From Octopus vulgaris (lineage: Eukaryota), in assembly GCA_951406725.2 (NCBI GenBank), contig OX597832.1, positions 37,820,001 to 37,884,000 of the forward strand: a stretch of DNA of 64,000 nt. The letters are read 5' to 3'. The notes beneath the pieces were generated by a model. That model made no database searches and was not told the DNA's origin. It was given only the letters and a program-made list of their open reading frames with translations. Made by a program: the position numbers and the translations under genes. Below, one piece after another: positions 42,426-55,862 of the stretch (position 1 is its first letter; every line of letters starts with the position of its first letter).

Positions 42426-42842
42426 ATAACAACAACAGTAACAATTCCTAATAAATGTTAGTATTGGTTACCTTTTATACTATTTTGCATCATAATATAC
42501 TCAATAAAGACATTAAAGAAATCCAATCCTTGATCACATATTTTATATTCATCCCTCATTTTCCATCCTTATTATCATTCTTCCTACATCCTCATCATAG
42601 TTATCTCCCTCTCCACTCTCTATTTTCTTTCTTGTTCTTTGTTTTTACTATCAACAATAATTTAGAGTGAAGCAAACAAACAAACAAATAAAAGCTGCCT
42701 GAGAGTTTGAAAGGATTTATGTGAAAGTACCCAATGGCTGATACATGCTGCAGTTTATTTGTGAAGAGTTTCGTATCGTATAACCATAACACACATCAAC
42801 ATCTCCTCTGCGCAAAGTGAGTCTGCTAGCTAATGAGCCGTC

Positions 42843-42936
<94 letters not shown>

Positions 42937-43626
42937 ATACCTGCATTGTTTGTACACCCGCTTGCGGAGTGTATTATTGTATAATGTCTATACCGGTTGT
43001 TCTTAGTCTCGAGGTAATTTCTTCCTGAATTGTGGGTGAGGAACTTCAGGTAAAATTTGGAGATTCCAGTGACGAATTTGCTTATAGTTTTTGAGAAAAT
43101 TCTTTATCATTACTCAGTTTTCGCTAGATTCATTTCATCTTAATTTTGATTTTAAGGAGCTTAATGTTAAAAATTAGTATAAAGACGCAAAGATTATCCA
43201 ATAGCGCTGCATACTAGATTATATATTGCTATATATGACAGTAGCCTGATACCGAAATAAAGTCTGGGAGAAATGTTGCAGTAGATCTTACACATAGGAT
43301 CCAGCCTACTAAATTTTCTTTCCATATCCCAAAACTTGCCTATCTCACAACAAGGCAAACAATAATGCGAGCCATTGCACATTGCTTGGTGGTAAGTTGG
43401 CAGAATCGCTCCACACCGAACGAAAAACTTAGTGGTATTTCTTCCAGTTTTACATTCACCATTTAAATTCTGCCAAAGTCGACTGTTACCCCTTTGGTGT
43501 CGATAAAATAAGCACTAGTTGAGCACTGGAGCCGATGGAATCGGCAAACTTTCGTCTTCTAAAATTACTAACATTTGAAATATATATATATGTAAAAGGA
43601 ATATGTGACAATTATTTGGTAGCCAA

Positions 43627-43687
43627 GATAAAACTCTGAGTTTCGGATGCCGAGGTGGAAATCCACTCCACCATCTCTTCAGTAATC
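43627..43687 (-). ncRNA. Minimal type I hammerhead ribozyme (left arm, sense to the Zic pre-mRNA)
   Basis: GAUUA-CUGAAGA-GAUG..CAUC-C-GAAA-CUCAGAG-UU-UUAUC; same core as the right arm, with one U-U mismatch in stem I. Confidence 0.7.
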
Positions 43688-43740
43688 CGACCATCGGAAA
43701 AACGGTATGATTTTTTTTCATAGCATTTTTCCGATGGCCG

Positions 43741-43801
43741 GATAACTGAAGAGATGGTGGAGTGGATTTCCACCTGGGCATCCGAAACTCAGAGTTTTAT
43801 C
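43741..43801 (+). ncRNA. Minimal type I hammerhead ribozyme (right arm)
   Basis: Stem I GAUAA (43741-45) / UUAUC (43797-801); CUGAAGA 43746-52; stem II GAUG/CAUC with inner GUGGA/UCCAC hairpin; GAAA 43784-87; short stem III ACU(C)/(G)AGU; GUU cleavage triplet, predicted cut after 43796. Confidence 0.78.
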
Positions 43802-43836
43802 TTGGCTACCAAATAATTGTCACATATTACTTTTAC

Positions 43837-43875
<39 letters not shown>

Positions 43876-44343
43876 CATACACACACACTCGGTATATGCC
43901 TCCAGACAAATACACTATATGCAAAAACTAGATTGTATTAACAAAATAAACTTGCACAGGTAAGTAATAATCAAAGATCCTTTAATGAAAGAATTATATT
44001 ATCTCCACTTTTTGATTCTATAAATCCGGTCCAAATACATCTTTAACTGCTACTCCTTGTCACCCTTAACATGTTTTCAACCCATCTACTTCACTACTAA
44101 CCGTTCTATGGAATTCCTCCTCTTTACTGATGTCTTCTCTGCAGTAGATGGACCAGTCCTTTACCTGTGTCTTCAGAGTCAGTCCATCAGTACCAGTTAT
44201 ATACTACTGTATATTCATTTGATTGTGGTTTCCCGCATTACAAACTGTTCTCGTGTACGTATTATGTATAATGCACTGAAATCATGGTAATTAAATGGCT
44301 GTTTGTGAGTCGGCGTGCGTATGTACGTACGTACGTATGTATG

Positions 44344-44377
<34 letters not shown>

Positions 44378-44427
44378 TGTATGTATGTATGTATGTATGT
44401 ATGTATGTATGTGTGTATGTATATATG

Positions 44428-44493
<66 letters not shown>

Positions 44494-44495
44494 TG

Positions 44496-44529
<34 letters not shown>

Positions 44530-46104
44530 CGTTAGTATGTATGTATATGTTCATTCGTGATTTGAACCCTGTTTGTACGTATAACATGTTAATGTGTGTC
44601 TGTGCACGTTTCGTTTACTTGTTCTTCTCTTTTCTTTTCTTTTCTTTGCGTGTACATATATTTGTGTATATGTAAAGGTGAACATCAGTGCTTGCGATCA
44701 ATGCGCGTGCGCGTGCATGTGTGTGTGTGCGAGTATGCGCGTGCATGTGTCTGTTCGTGTAAAGAAATTTAGCGAATATCTTCATTAGCAAGTGAAAGAG
44801 CTAAAACGGAGCTAAACAAAGCACACTGTGTGAACGCAACACGAAGCATTGTTTGTTTCATCAACATCATCATCATGATCATCAATCATTAACCATCATC
44901 ACTCTATTATACCCCCCCACCCCCCACCACCACCAATCACCATAACTGTTTTTCTCACTCTCACACCATCTTATTTATCATTCCACAAGCCAAACATAGC
45001 ACGCTGTTTCGACGCAACACGAACTATTGTTTGTATCATTAACACTATCATCATCATCCTCATCATCTTCATTCTAGTTACCATCAGCATGTAATTCCTC
45101 CTCCTCTTCATAATCATCATCATCACCATCATCATCGTCGTCATCATTCTCAACACGATTGGTGGAACGTGTCAAACACCAAACAACTGTTTTGATTCCC
45201 CTCTCATAAAGAATACAGAAACACAAATTCTTTATATTATTTCTTTTTAAATTCCCCTTCTCCCTCCCTCTCCTCCTCCTCCTTCTCCGCCACCGCACTC
45301 ACTCTCCACTCCATTCTGCTTCAAAAGACGTTTCAAACAAAGCGAGAAATAACGGCATAATAAAGACAGCAAAGCGACAACTTCCATCAATGTTCGTATG
45401 TAGACTTTTATATACACATCTATATACGTACATCACACACACACATATGTACACACGTACACACGTGTGTGTGTGTGTGTGTGTATTATATAAAGAGAAA
45501 GGGAGGTTAGAATGAGAGGGAGAGGTATGTGCGAAATATCATTTTGACTGTGTAGACGTCACAACATTACATTGGTCAAAAGAAATCTTGCTTTTTTCTT
45601 TCTTAAACCAAACTATTCATAAAAGTGAGGATCAACACTAATGAGAGAGAGAGAGGGAGAGGAGAGTGGGGGAAAAAGAGAAACGCGCGAATTGATATAC
45701 GTATAAATGCTGTATATGTTTCACTTTGTAGACAGAGGGCTGGAGGGGGTGGAGGAACGGGGGAAAACTTAATGTTATCGCTTTACTAACAACTGTGATC
45801 ACTTTTTACTATAAGACACAAAGCAGTAGACTTCTATAGCTCTCTTAGTGCGCACGCCGACATAAACACACACAAAAACAATAAACTTAATATTAAGTAC
45901 TCAAACATACAACAATACCCATTCTTTCTATTGTTAATTGTGCAGATTCTTTTCAAAAATGAACACAATATATTAATAAGGCTTTCATTTCTTTATGAAT
46001 TAGCAAGAACACAGAAAACGCATAGTTATGTATATATATATATATATATATAAAGAAAATGACTCCCACCCCCAGACACAGCAGTATATATATATATATA
46101 CATA

Positions 46105-46310
46105 CATAGGGAGAGTTTACGAAAAAAACAAAAGACGAAGACAGGTGGTGTACAAAACAAACAGATGAATTAGTATAACGCTCAGGAATAGAAAAAGTAT
46201 TTTACGTTTCGAGCCTACGCTCTTCTACAGAAAGGGACACAGAAAAAAACAGGGAGAAAAACATGGCGAGAAAAAAATGTTTGTAGTGGCTAACGATCTA
46301 TCATGGCAGC
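46105..46310 (-). mobile_element. Short (TA)n-flanked element with a degenerate minimal hammerhead (46199-46234), Penelope-like terminal fragment
   Basis: Minus strand CUUU-CUGUAGA-A-GAGC-GUAG-GCUC-GAAA-CG-UA-AAA: perfect stem II and palindromic ACGU stem III, but A6 is replaced by U; followed by a U-rich tail running into (TA)n. Confidence 0.6.
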
Positions 46311-46327
46311 ATATATATATATATATT

Positions 46328-46681
46328 ATTACCCACAAGGGGCTAAACACAGAGAGGACAAACAAGGACAGACAAACGGATTGAGTCGATTATATCGACC
46401 CTAGTGCGTAACTGGTACTTATTTAATCGACCCCGAAAGGATGAAAGGCAAAGTCGACCTCGGCGGAGTTTGAACTCAGAACGTAACGGCAGACGAAATA
46501 CGGCTACGCATTTCGCCCGGCGTGCTAACGTTTCTGCCAGCTCACCACCTTAGTTTATGCTATAATAAGTAGCTCAGCGGAATTTGAACTCAGAACGTAG
46601 CGGCAGACGAAATACTGCTAAGCATTTCGCCCGGCGTACTAATGTTTCTGCCAGCTCGCCGCCTTAGTTTATGCTATAATA
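46328..46681 (-). mobile_element. SINE family A full copy plus an extra head segment
   Basis: Full copy ~46328-46550 and a second head ~46576-46663, each followed by ttagtttatgctataata. Confidence 0.85.
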
Positions 46682-47194
46682 TATTGCAATAAAAATGGCG
46701 GTATTTTCATTTTCATTGACGGTTTGGTAGCGTAACACGATCTTCGTTGGGCTGCTAATCATATAACGCAAGTTTAAATCCCAACATAATCTCATAGTAT
46801 CTTCCCATTTTGAAATAGGAAATACTTTCCACTGTACTTCCATCAAGAACTGCCCGATATCCAGATATGTTTATATGACAGTGCCGTGTGCTTGCAATTT
46901 AAGCGCAATGTCACGACAACGACACACGAACACACGAATTACTATTACTATTTAAAGAAAACAGTTTCAGTACTAACACCAGCCTAAGTTCATTCACCCA
47001 AATCTTAAGTACTTCTAGAGCCATCCAAGATCTGCAGTAAGGGCTCGACTAAGATTCGCAAAAGTCGACTTCAGACTCTCCCTTCTCACTTGATTCGATT
47101 TTTCATTTATTTAAATTTACCAATGTTTCTGGTTTATCTCCTCTGCCTCTTTCTAATCAGAATTAGTAATTTAGATAATAACTGAATCAATAAA

Positions 47195-47325
47195 TCACGT
47201 GGTTTCGGGTTCAGTCCCACTGCGTGACACCTTGGGCAAGTGTCTTCTACTATAGCCTCGGATCGACCAATGCCTTGTGAGTGGATTTGGTAGATGGAAA
47301 CTGAAAGAAGCACGTAATGTGTGCG

Positions 47326-47385
<60 letters not shown>

Positions 47386-47610
47386 TATGTGTGTGTATCT
47401 GTGTTTTCCCCTCGTCATTGATTGGCAACCGATGCTGGTGTGTTTATATCACCATAACCCAGCGGCTCGGCAAAAGAGATCGATAGAGAAAGTACTAGGC
47501 TTACAAAGAATAACTCTTTGGGGTCGATTTATTCGACTAAAACCCTTTAAGGCGGTGTTCCAGCATGGACACTGTTAAATGACTAAGACAATAAAAAGAG
47601 TAAAAGAATA
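47195..47610 (+). mobile_element. SINE family B copy with internal (TA)n and tail
   Basis: cgggttcagtcccactgcgtgacaccttgggcaagtgtcttc...gccttgtgagtggatttggtagatggaaactgaaagaagc. Confidence 0.85.
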
Positions 47611-49408
47611 TATATATATATATATATATACACTGCTTATATGTATGTATGTATGTATGTAATGGGAACAGACACACATACACGTGTATGTGTGTGTATG
47701 TATGTGTGTGCGTGTGTATGTGCATATGCACACAAAATGTATGTAATTATTTAAACCGGTGAACATGTAGGATAACATAAATTTCCATATGTCATAATTT
47801 ACTCTGCTACTAAGACCATACCATCAACCCCACCACCACCACCACCACCACTCATAATGATAATAAAAATCATAACAACAACAACTACAACACGCTTCCT
47901 ATATATTTTAAGGGGATGTAATACCACGGTATTTTATATTTTATTCTTGGTTTATTTATTTGTTGTTTTGTTTTTCTGAAATATCTCTGAGAATAGAAAG
48001 CGTTATTTAGACCAATATTTCTCTTGCTTTAAATGCTATTAGTCATAAAACGATTTTGAGTATCATAATGGCTTTAGCAGAAACAGATGATGAAGTAGGA
48101 GGAGAAGAAAGAAGAGGATGAGTTGGGAAAAGGGGGAGTGGAGAGAGGGGGAGAGGAAATATGAAAGGGTAAGAGAAAAGAAGTACGACGAAGAAGACAG
48201 AAAAAGAAAAGTATATTCCAACGATAGAAAAAAAAGAAAAGAAAAGATGAGGTGGAAAGGACCAAAAAAAAATAGAAGCTAAATGTTAGAGGAAGGAAGG
48301 AAGGATGAAGAAGAAGAAGAAGAAGAAGAAGAAGAAGAAGAAGAAGAAGAAAATGAAGACGAAGAAAGAAAGAGAAGAAAGTAAGACAAAAAATGAAAGA
48401 GAATAATGAATAAGCGTTAAGTAGAAAGAAGAAATTTACGAATTAGAAAGAAATATGCCAAAAACGATTTTTATGAAAATGAAGAAAAGAGTAAAAAGGA
48501 GCTGAAGAAGAAGAAGAGAAATGAGCAAATAAAAAAAAAGGCAAACAAACAAAAAGGATGAAGAATTAGTAAGGACCACAAAAAAAAAAAAAAAAGAAAA
48601 AATGAAGAAACACTCTCAAATGGTGATTAGTTCGGTTTGGGGAATGAGAAGTGTTGAGGGTAGCAGTGGAGGAGGAGGTGGTGCTGGTGGTGGTGGAGGT
48701 TATAAAAGTTTTGAGCAAGAAAAGAGACAAAAAGTTCAAGTTTGGTGGCGAGATGCGGCTGTTCGCAAGATGAGTGGGGCTTGGCAGAGTGAAAAACGTT
48801 TCTAAAATTTTAAGTAGGGAATCTGTTTTATTAAGGCATATAAACTCCCCAAACAATGTCATATAATTTATAGTATATGACAGAAGAAGGGACATACCCA
48901 AACCGTAAAAATTCCACCCTATTTCTTTGATTTTTGTCGTTTTTTTTTCTTTATCAGTCACCAACTTAGCTTAATTTACTGTGTGTCGTACACTTTATGT
49001 TCTCGTCTTTGGGAGCAAATGCTCATACGCGTGTGTGTGCTTTTTACTATCGGTTGTTGGTTGGGTATCATTCGTTGTTATTGCTGCTATTGTTTAACCC
49101 TAGGTCATCTCTGATCAAGCACATTTAAGCCTTATCCATCCTGTCTTTTTGTATGTAAGGGGCGATATAATGCAAAGTGTTTATATTTTCCCTTTTACAG
49201 ACTGTATTTAGTTGTTTTTAACTCCAGATTAACTTTCACTCAGAAGTCTATGATCAAAGTTCTTCCAACCGTGACACTTCCATCTTTTTTCATACACTTC
49301 ATACTTAGCACTGCAGTGTCTAAAGGTTTTGATTTTAAAAAATTTATTTTGAAACCGGAAGATTTGGCCTCTGTTTCTAGCAAGCCAAATGGCCCTGTAC
49401 AAGTCACT

Positions 49409-49548
49409 TGGTCGAGACTGACAGAAATCTATCACATGGTCGAGACTGACAGAAATCTATCACACGGTCGAGACTGACAGAAATCTATCACATGGTCGAG
49501 ACTGACAGAAATCTAACACATGGTCAAGACTGACGGAAATCTATCACA
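49409..49548. repeat. 28-bp minisatellite, 5 copies (TGGTCGAGACTGACAGAAATCTATCACA)
   Basis: Units start at 49409, 49437, 49465, 49493 and 49521 with 0-2 mismatches each and no spacers. Confidence 0.95.
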
Positions 49549-50314
49549 GTAACGATTGCTGGCCTCAGAGCAAAATGCAGGCATTTATCAAATGTTCTTA
49601 TAAGCAAAGCCAACCTTGCGGTTTCAGTCCCTGGCTGAGGATAATTCAGTTTTCCGCTCCCTCCCTGGTATCGGCTGCACAGCCTTTTCCAATTTCTCGC
49701 ACCCTTCTAAAACGGAAGCCATTTTGTGCCGTCGTGAAGAAAGCAACACTGTTTTTTTTTTATCGTTGTTGTAGTTGTAATTTTTATATTTATTTTACAC
49801 TTTCGTAATTTATAAGGAGTGTAGAGTTTATTTTGATCTATTTTTAGGTTTGTAGCGGAGAGGAAACTTATTGTAGTGAAGTGAACTATTTTCTCTTGAC
49901 TTTTGCATTATATGAAAATGGTGATGATGACGACTATGATAATTTTGATGATTGGGGGGAGGAGATTGGGAGGAGGAGGACATCGATGGCGATAGTAATT
50001 TACAAAATTGGCACAAGACCACAGACATTTTTAATATAAGAAGAAGGACACAGCTGTTTATGTATCGATTTCACTTCTTGGAAATTCGTATGATCTACCG
50101 AAGAAAAATACGAGATAAAATCGTCCCCGGTAGGTGGGATTTAGACTCGTCATGCGTAAAGAGATGTAACTAAACAGTGCAGATATCTTACCACCATCCA
50201 CCATTTTAGAATAGCACTCACTTAACACACAGCAGCAAACAGATAACACATCCATGTTCGTTCAAACCATCACCAGACCATACAATAACCACCAGAGCAC
50301 CAGTGACAATCACG

Positions 50315-50357
<43 letters not shown>

Positions 50358-52298
50358 GCATTACTGAAAACTAGGTCTCTGGATTAGTTACATATTCACC
50401 AGAATTATTTTTCATCTTTTCGTATTCATTTTTCGTTGATTGTGTGACCTTTCTTATATATGACTATCGAAGGCTTTAAAATAAATGTTTCAATAAGAAG
50501 TGATGCGATCATCAGGTTAATCTAACAATGATTAATACTGTGCCTGATACATTTAATATTAGTACCGTTTTGTTTTTACTCTTAGGTCAGTCCTGACTTA
50601 GCAAGGCTTATAATGAAAAGCATTCCAACCGTGGCCATCAAATTAATGTGTCCTTCCCATTTCAAGATGTGAGCATGTAATTTTAGAAAGATTGGCTAAA
50701 ATACTAAGCTTTGACTGAACAGGGTCTATGCTCAAACGCATTCCAGCTGTGACTACCCCACCTTTTCTATGCATGTCGCATTTCTACAACAGCCATTACC
50801 CAATATGTGTCATTCCTTTGAAGTAGACAGTGTGTACTTCGGGGAGTATAGGCTACTGTTTTAGCGTTGCGAATGACTCCCTGGAAGACCCTCCTCGAAA
50901 AAACTTACCCATGTCATTTCTAAGCTATGTAGGATAAAGTCAGAGGAGCATTGTTTTAAACAGAACACGTGGAAAAGATTGCAGATGTGAGGTATAAGTT
51001 ATTTCATCGTATCAGCATTAACCATAACTCAAATAACCTTAGCATACAAAATATGAAGCATCGTGAAATTAGAAAAGACTGATGATCGCATCCTATTGCA
51101 CTGAAACTCCAGCATAGCCTGAGGAATATTATATATCAAATATTGCATATATTCATAAAGGAAATACGAATAACAGATAATAAAGTTAGCAAACTGTTGT
51201 ATTTAAGGTGGAATTACTCCAATGAAAAATTCTTCTCACTAGTGTATACACACAGACCACAGATATATGTGTATATACGAAGCATAAAGGAAACGAGAAA
51301 GGAATCGGGAGAGCAAACGCACAACAACTTCATAATCATGTAAAGCGTGTATATCATTGTTGAATGTAAAAATGATGAAAAGAAAATTTTCCTGGGTAAG
51401 AGTTGGATTTGCGGAGATAGGGATCTTTCTAGCTCACTGTGTATTATCATAGATGTATAAGGTCGGTGTGTTAAGCCCCTTGTGTGAGTATGCAGGTACA
51501 TTTATGTATATGTCAGTTTGACAGAATAATATAACTAGCAGCAGCAGCAACAGCAGCAGCAGCAACATCATCATTAAAAGTTGTAGAGGTGTAGAAATAG
51601 GAAACTAAGAAGAAGACGAAGAAGAAAAAGAAGAAGAAGAAGAAGAAAATGAAGAAGGAAAGGAAGAAGAAGAAAAAGAAAAAAGAAGAAGAAGCAGAAG
51701 AAGAAGGACAAGAAGAAGAAGAAATCAAACTATAAATGAAAATAAAAACGAAAACGAGGAACGCATAGGAAAATCTTGTAGAGTAAAAATATATGTTACA
51801 GAATTAAGGACTTTTGTTGCTTTTTCTTCGCACCAACCTTCTCATTCCCTTCCCTCTCTCCCTCACCCCCTTCTTTCTTTCTCTACTACAAAGAACACAA
51901 TTATATTAAGATCAGATGAGTTCATATGCTGTGTAGAAAAGACAGTACAACTTTACTTCTGATCTAAATCTCTTGAGGGACATATGTCTGAGTTTCCAAG
52001 TTATGGTAGAACCATTTTCACTATCATTGCACTGCTTCACCAACCAAACTCACATCTCCAAACATTTCTGTTACGGTCTTATTATATTCCTCTTACCGTG
52101 GTTTTTGCTGTTGTTGTTGTTATTATTATTATTATTGTTGTTGTTATTGTTGCTATTATTATTATTGTTGTTGTTGCTGCTATAAGTTTTTATTTTGTTC
52201 GTTGTTTGTTTTATTTCACTTTTTACATTTCTCTTGCATTATATTTCTAAGACGAATGTATGTATGTGTACTAGTGTGGAAAGATTTTTGTGTGTGTG

Positions 52299-52377
<79 letters not shown>

Positions 52378-52391
52378 CTTGTGTATGTATG

Positions 52392-52460
<69 letters not shown>

Positions 52461-53079
52461 ACATACACGCGCACACTCATATACACAGATAGACATATAC
52501 AAACACAAGCACAGACATATTGACGTACAAGAGTCAGGGAAAAGATAACACGCTACATTTAACAGAATCTAGTCACAATTTGTCAATGAACTTACTTATA
52601 CTCCGAAAGAGAGAAAGAAATGAAGACAGACAGAGAGATAGAGAGTGGAGGAGGATAAACAAAGAGTGAGAGTTAAAGAATGAGAGAGAGGAGGAGGAGG
52701 AGGAGAAAAAGATTTCTGAGACTGTGTATATGGCGTGTATGTACAATAATATATGAAAGAGAAAATATAAGCTGTATCTTATTCTCTGATTCAGAAGAAA
52801 ACTTGGAGAATCTTGAAAAGAGAACCAAGAAATAATGAAAATAAAAGTGAATATTTTAAGAAAGAAAATAAGCGAAGGTGTTGAGACAGTTTGTGAAACA
52901 TAAAAACAATGACGTTCCACAATCTGTAAGAAACAGTTCTGTTAGTACCAATGATTCTTTGAAATCTATCGCTGCAGGCATCATGTCTAATTAACGTGTG
53001 CGCGCGCACACACACTAACCGCTTACACATGTATATATATATATGTGCGTATCAGCGTGTGTATTCATGTATGTATGTA

Positions 53080-53169
<90 letters not shown>

Positions 53170-53326
53170 CACACACACAAATTAAATACTAATGCATACA
53201 TACGCACATATATATATATACAAACATATATTTACTATACACATATATATACATATTTACATATATACATATATATATTATATTCATACATTTATATATT
53301 CATACATATGTATATATATACATACG

Positions 53327-53388
<62 letters not shown>

Positions 53389-54115
53389 TGGAAAGAAGGG
53401 GATATAGATACATATATGCAAAACGTAATATATAAAGGGGTAACTACAAAGAGACCAAGTGGGTATGTATAAGGAGCAATCATAGCTGTATTCCGAAAAA
53501 TGGTAAATTTGATGTATGAAAAAGTAAAAGTAAAAGTAAAAAAAAAAAAAAAGAAGTTAAACCAAAAACAAAAAGACCACGAAATTGTGTGTACGGCGGC
53601 GGCAGAGTAGCTTTTAAAGACTGGAAGCTATTAAACTGCTGCCTTAGTGAAGAATATTAAAGAACCTGCTAAATCTTTGCTGGTAGATGGCTTTAAAGAA
53701 CATCTCTGCCTTCATCACATATATGCGTATATACACGTGTGTGTGTGTGTGTGTGTGTGTTTATGCAACACCGCTTAAGCTAGACTAAGGGGCATAAAAG
53801 AAAAATGTATATTCTGTTAATATATTCTTCAAAAAACGACGTTCCGTTCCATTTAACTGTACACACACACACACACACGCACACACACACAAACATGCAC
53901 ACACACGTACAAATATATACAGGGCCCACGAGCAAGTCTAGTGTGTAACTGTATGCAAGTTTTGTATGTTTATGTGTCTGGTCATGTATGTAAGTGTGTG
54001 TGTGTGTGCTTACTCACACACACAAGGAGGATGTTTTTGTGATTTTACGTTCGAAGCCATTAAAATGTTCAATGTGCACTTGTGGAGTATAAAATGAACA
54101 GCGCAGTGACACACG

Positions 54116-54149
<34 letters not shown>

Positions 54150-54190
54150 CACACACACCACACACGTATATGTATACTTATATATGTATA

Positions 54191-54222
<32 letters not shown>

Positions 54223-54592
54223 AATACATGTGTGTGATATACAAATATATTCACATACATATGTGTGTGTGTGCATATATGTATAAATATATATATATAT
54301 ATATATATATGATTACCCACCACATTACATTCGTTTATGTTATTAGCAATAACATCAACAACAACAAGAAGGGCAACAACATCGGCGTGAAGAAATAAAA
54401 TGGCGACGGAAGCCAGTGAATGTATTTGAATGGCAGCCGACTGAATCGCTTGACAAGATGGCTTCGACCAGGCTCCGCTCTTTTCGTTCTGTAGAATCAA
54501 TTACATGCTACAGTTCAAGGTGAGAGCGGCATCCTTTGATGCCGTATCGGGTATCACACCAATGAGACATTGTTCTTAATGGAATAACTAAA

Positions 54593-54631
<39 letters not shown>

Positions 54632-54907
54632 GATGAATTTAGTGTGGTGTAGGCAGCGAAAGTAATAACTGTGAGAACAGGAATTTCTATAACGACGACG
54701 ACGATGACAACAACAATATTACCAGAATCGCAGACAAGAAAAGTGCTGTTAACAGAAAACAACCGCAACAGTTGCTGCTGCTGCTGCTGCTACCTCGTCC
54801 TTATTCTCTTCATGTTCTGCCCCCATCATCATCATCGTCCTCATCATCACTAGCACCACCACCACCAACGTCATCACCATCATCATCACCCGTAAAAGTA
54901 TAAGATA

Positions 54908-55293
54908 TTTCTTTACTGCCCACAAGGGGCTAAACACAGAGGGGACAAACAAGGACAGACAAAGGGATAAAGTCGATTACATCTACCCCAGTGAGTAACT
55001 GGTACTTAATTTATCGACCCCCGAAAGGATGAAAGGCAAAGTCGACCTCGGCGGAATTTGAACTCAGAACATTAGGACGGACGAAATACCTATTTCTTTA
55101 CTACCCACAAGGGGCTAAACACAGAGGGGACAAACAAGGACAGACAAAGGGATAAAGTCGATTACATCTACCCCAGTGCGTAACTGGTACTTAATTTATC
55201 GACCCCGAAAGGATGAAAGGCAAAGTCGACCTCGGCGGAATTTGAACTCAGAACGTAGCGGCAGACGAAATACGGCTACGCATTTCACCCGGC
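54908..55293 (-). mobile_element. Tandem dimer of SINE family A
   Basis: Two nearly identical units (~54908-55090, ~55092-55293) share the variant gattacatctacccc. Confidence 0.9.
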
Positions 55294-55807
55294 AAGAGTA
55301 TAAGAAAGCTCTTCCAATAGTTAATAATATCATCAATCCTTCAGCAATATCCTTCTTGTTGTTATCCTCCTGGTCCCCATTCCTTTCAGCAACAATAAAA
55401 ACAATAACGGTGATAAATACGACCAGACTAACCAAAATAGCTAACTACTCCAACAATAACAACAACATCAGCTATCAGCAACAGCATCATCCGAACCGAA
55501 GAACGCCAGCCAACTACAAATAGCAGCTAAACTTCCCTCAAATCACAAACTACCGACACAGAAAATGGGAGGGGCATTATATGATGTAATCATAGATTCT
55601 TGACGGGGTTGGGCACGGTTTGAACGCTCTTTATCATGTGTTTCGTGGATCACTGCTGCTCTATCTCCCTGGCTAAGCTTTACATCATTAAAATACGCCA
55701 AAGCAGTAAGTAATAAATAGCATCACCACCACCACCACTACTACTACCACTACTACTACTACTACCACCACCACCACCACTAGCACTACTACTACTACCA
55801 CCACTAG

Positions 55808-55862
<55 letters not shown>

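Larger units (their letters stand above)
43591..43837. mobile_element. 247-bp palindromic element between (TA)n tracts, Penelope-like non-autonomous candidate
   Basis: Arms 43591-43710 and 43718-43837 (120 bp each) are near-perfect reverse complements around a T7 loop; each arm contains a hammerhead core. Confidence 0.9.

Noticed and set aside
49409-49548. 28-bp repeats as a CRISPR array
   Set aside because: Units are contiguous with no spacers, there are no cas genes, and the context is eukaryotic
51074-51120. CTGATGA...GAAACT as a hammerhead
   Set aside because: Stem II closing pair is absent, U16.1 is replaced by C, and there is no stem I
37343-51770. Purine-rich tracts on the plus strand as a transcription-linked strand bias
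   Set aside because: Opposite-polarity tracts also occur in the intron (e.g. 56700-56880) and same-polarity tracts occur outside it (3840-4100)
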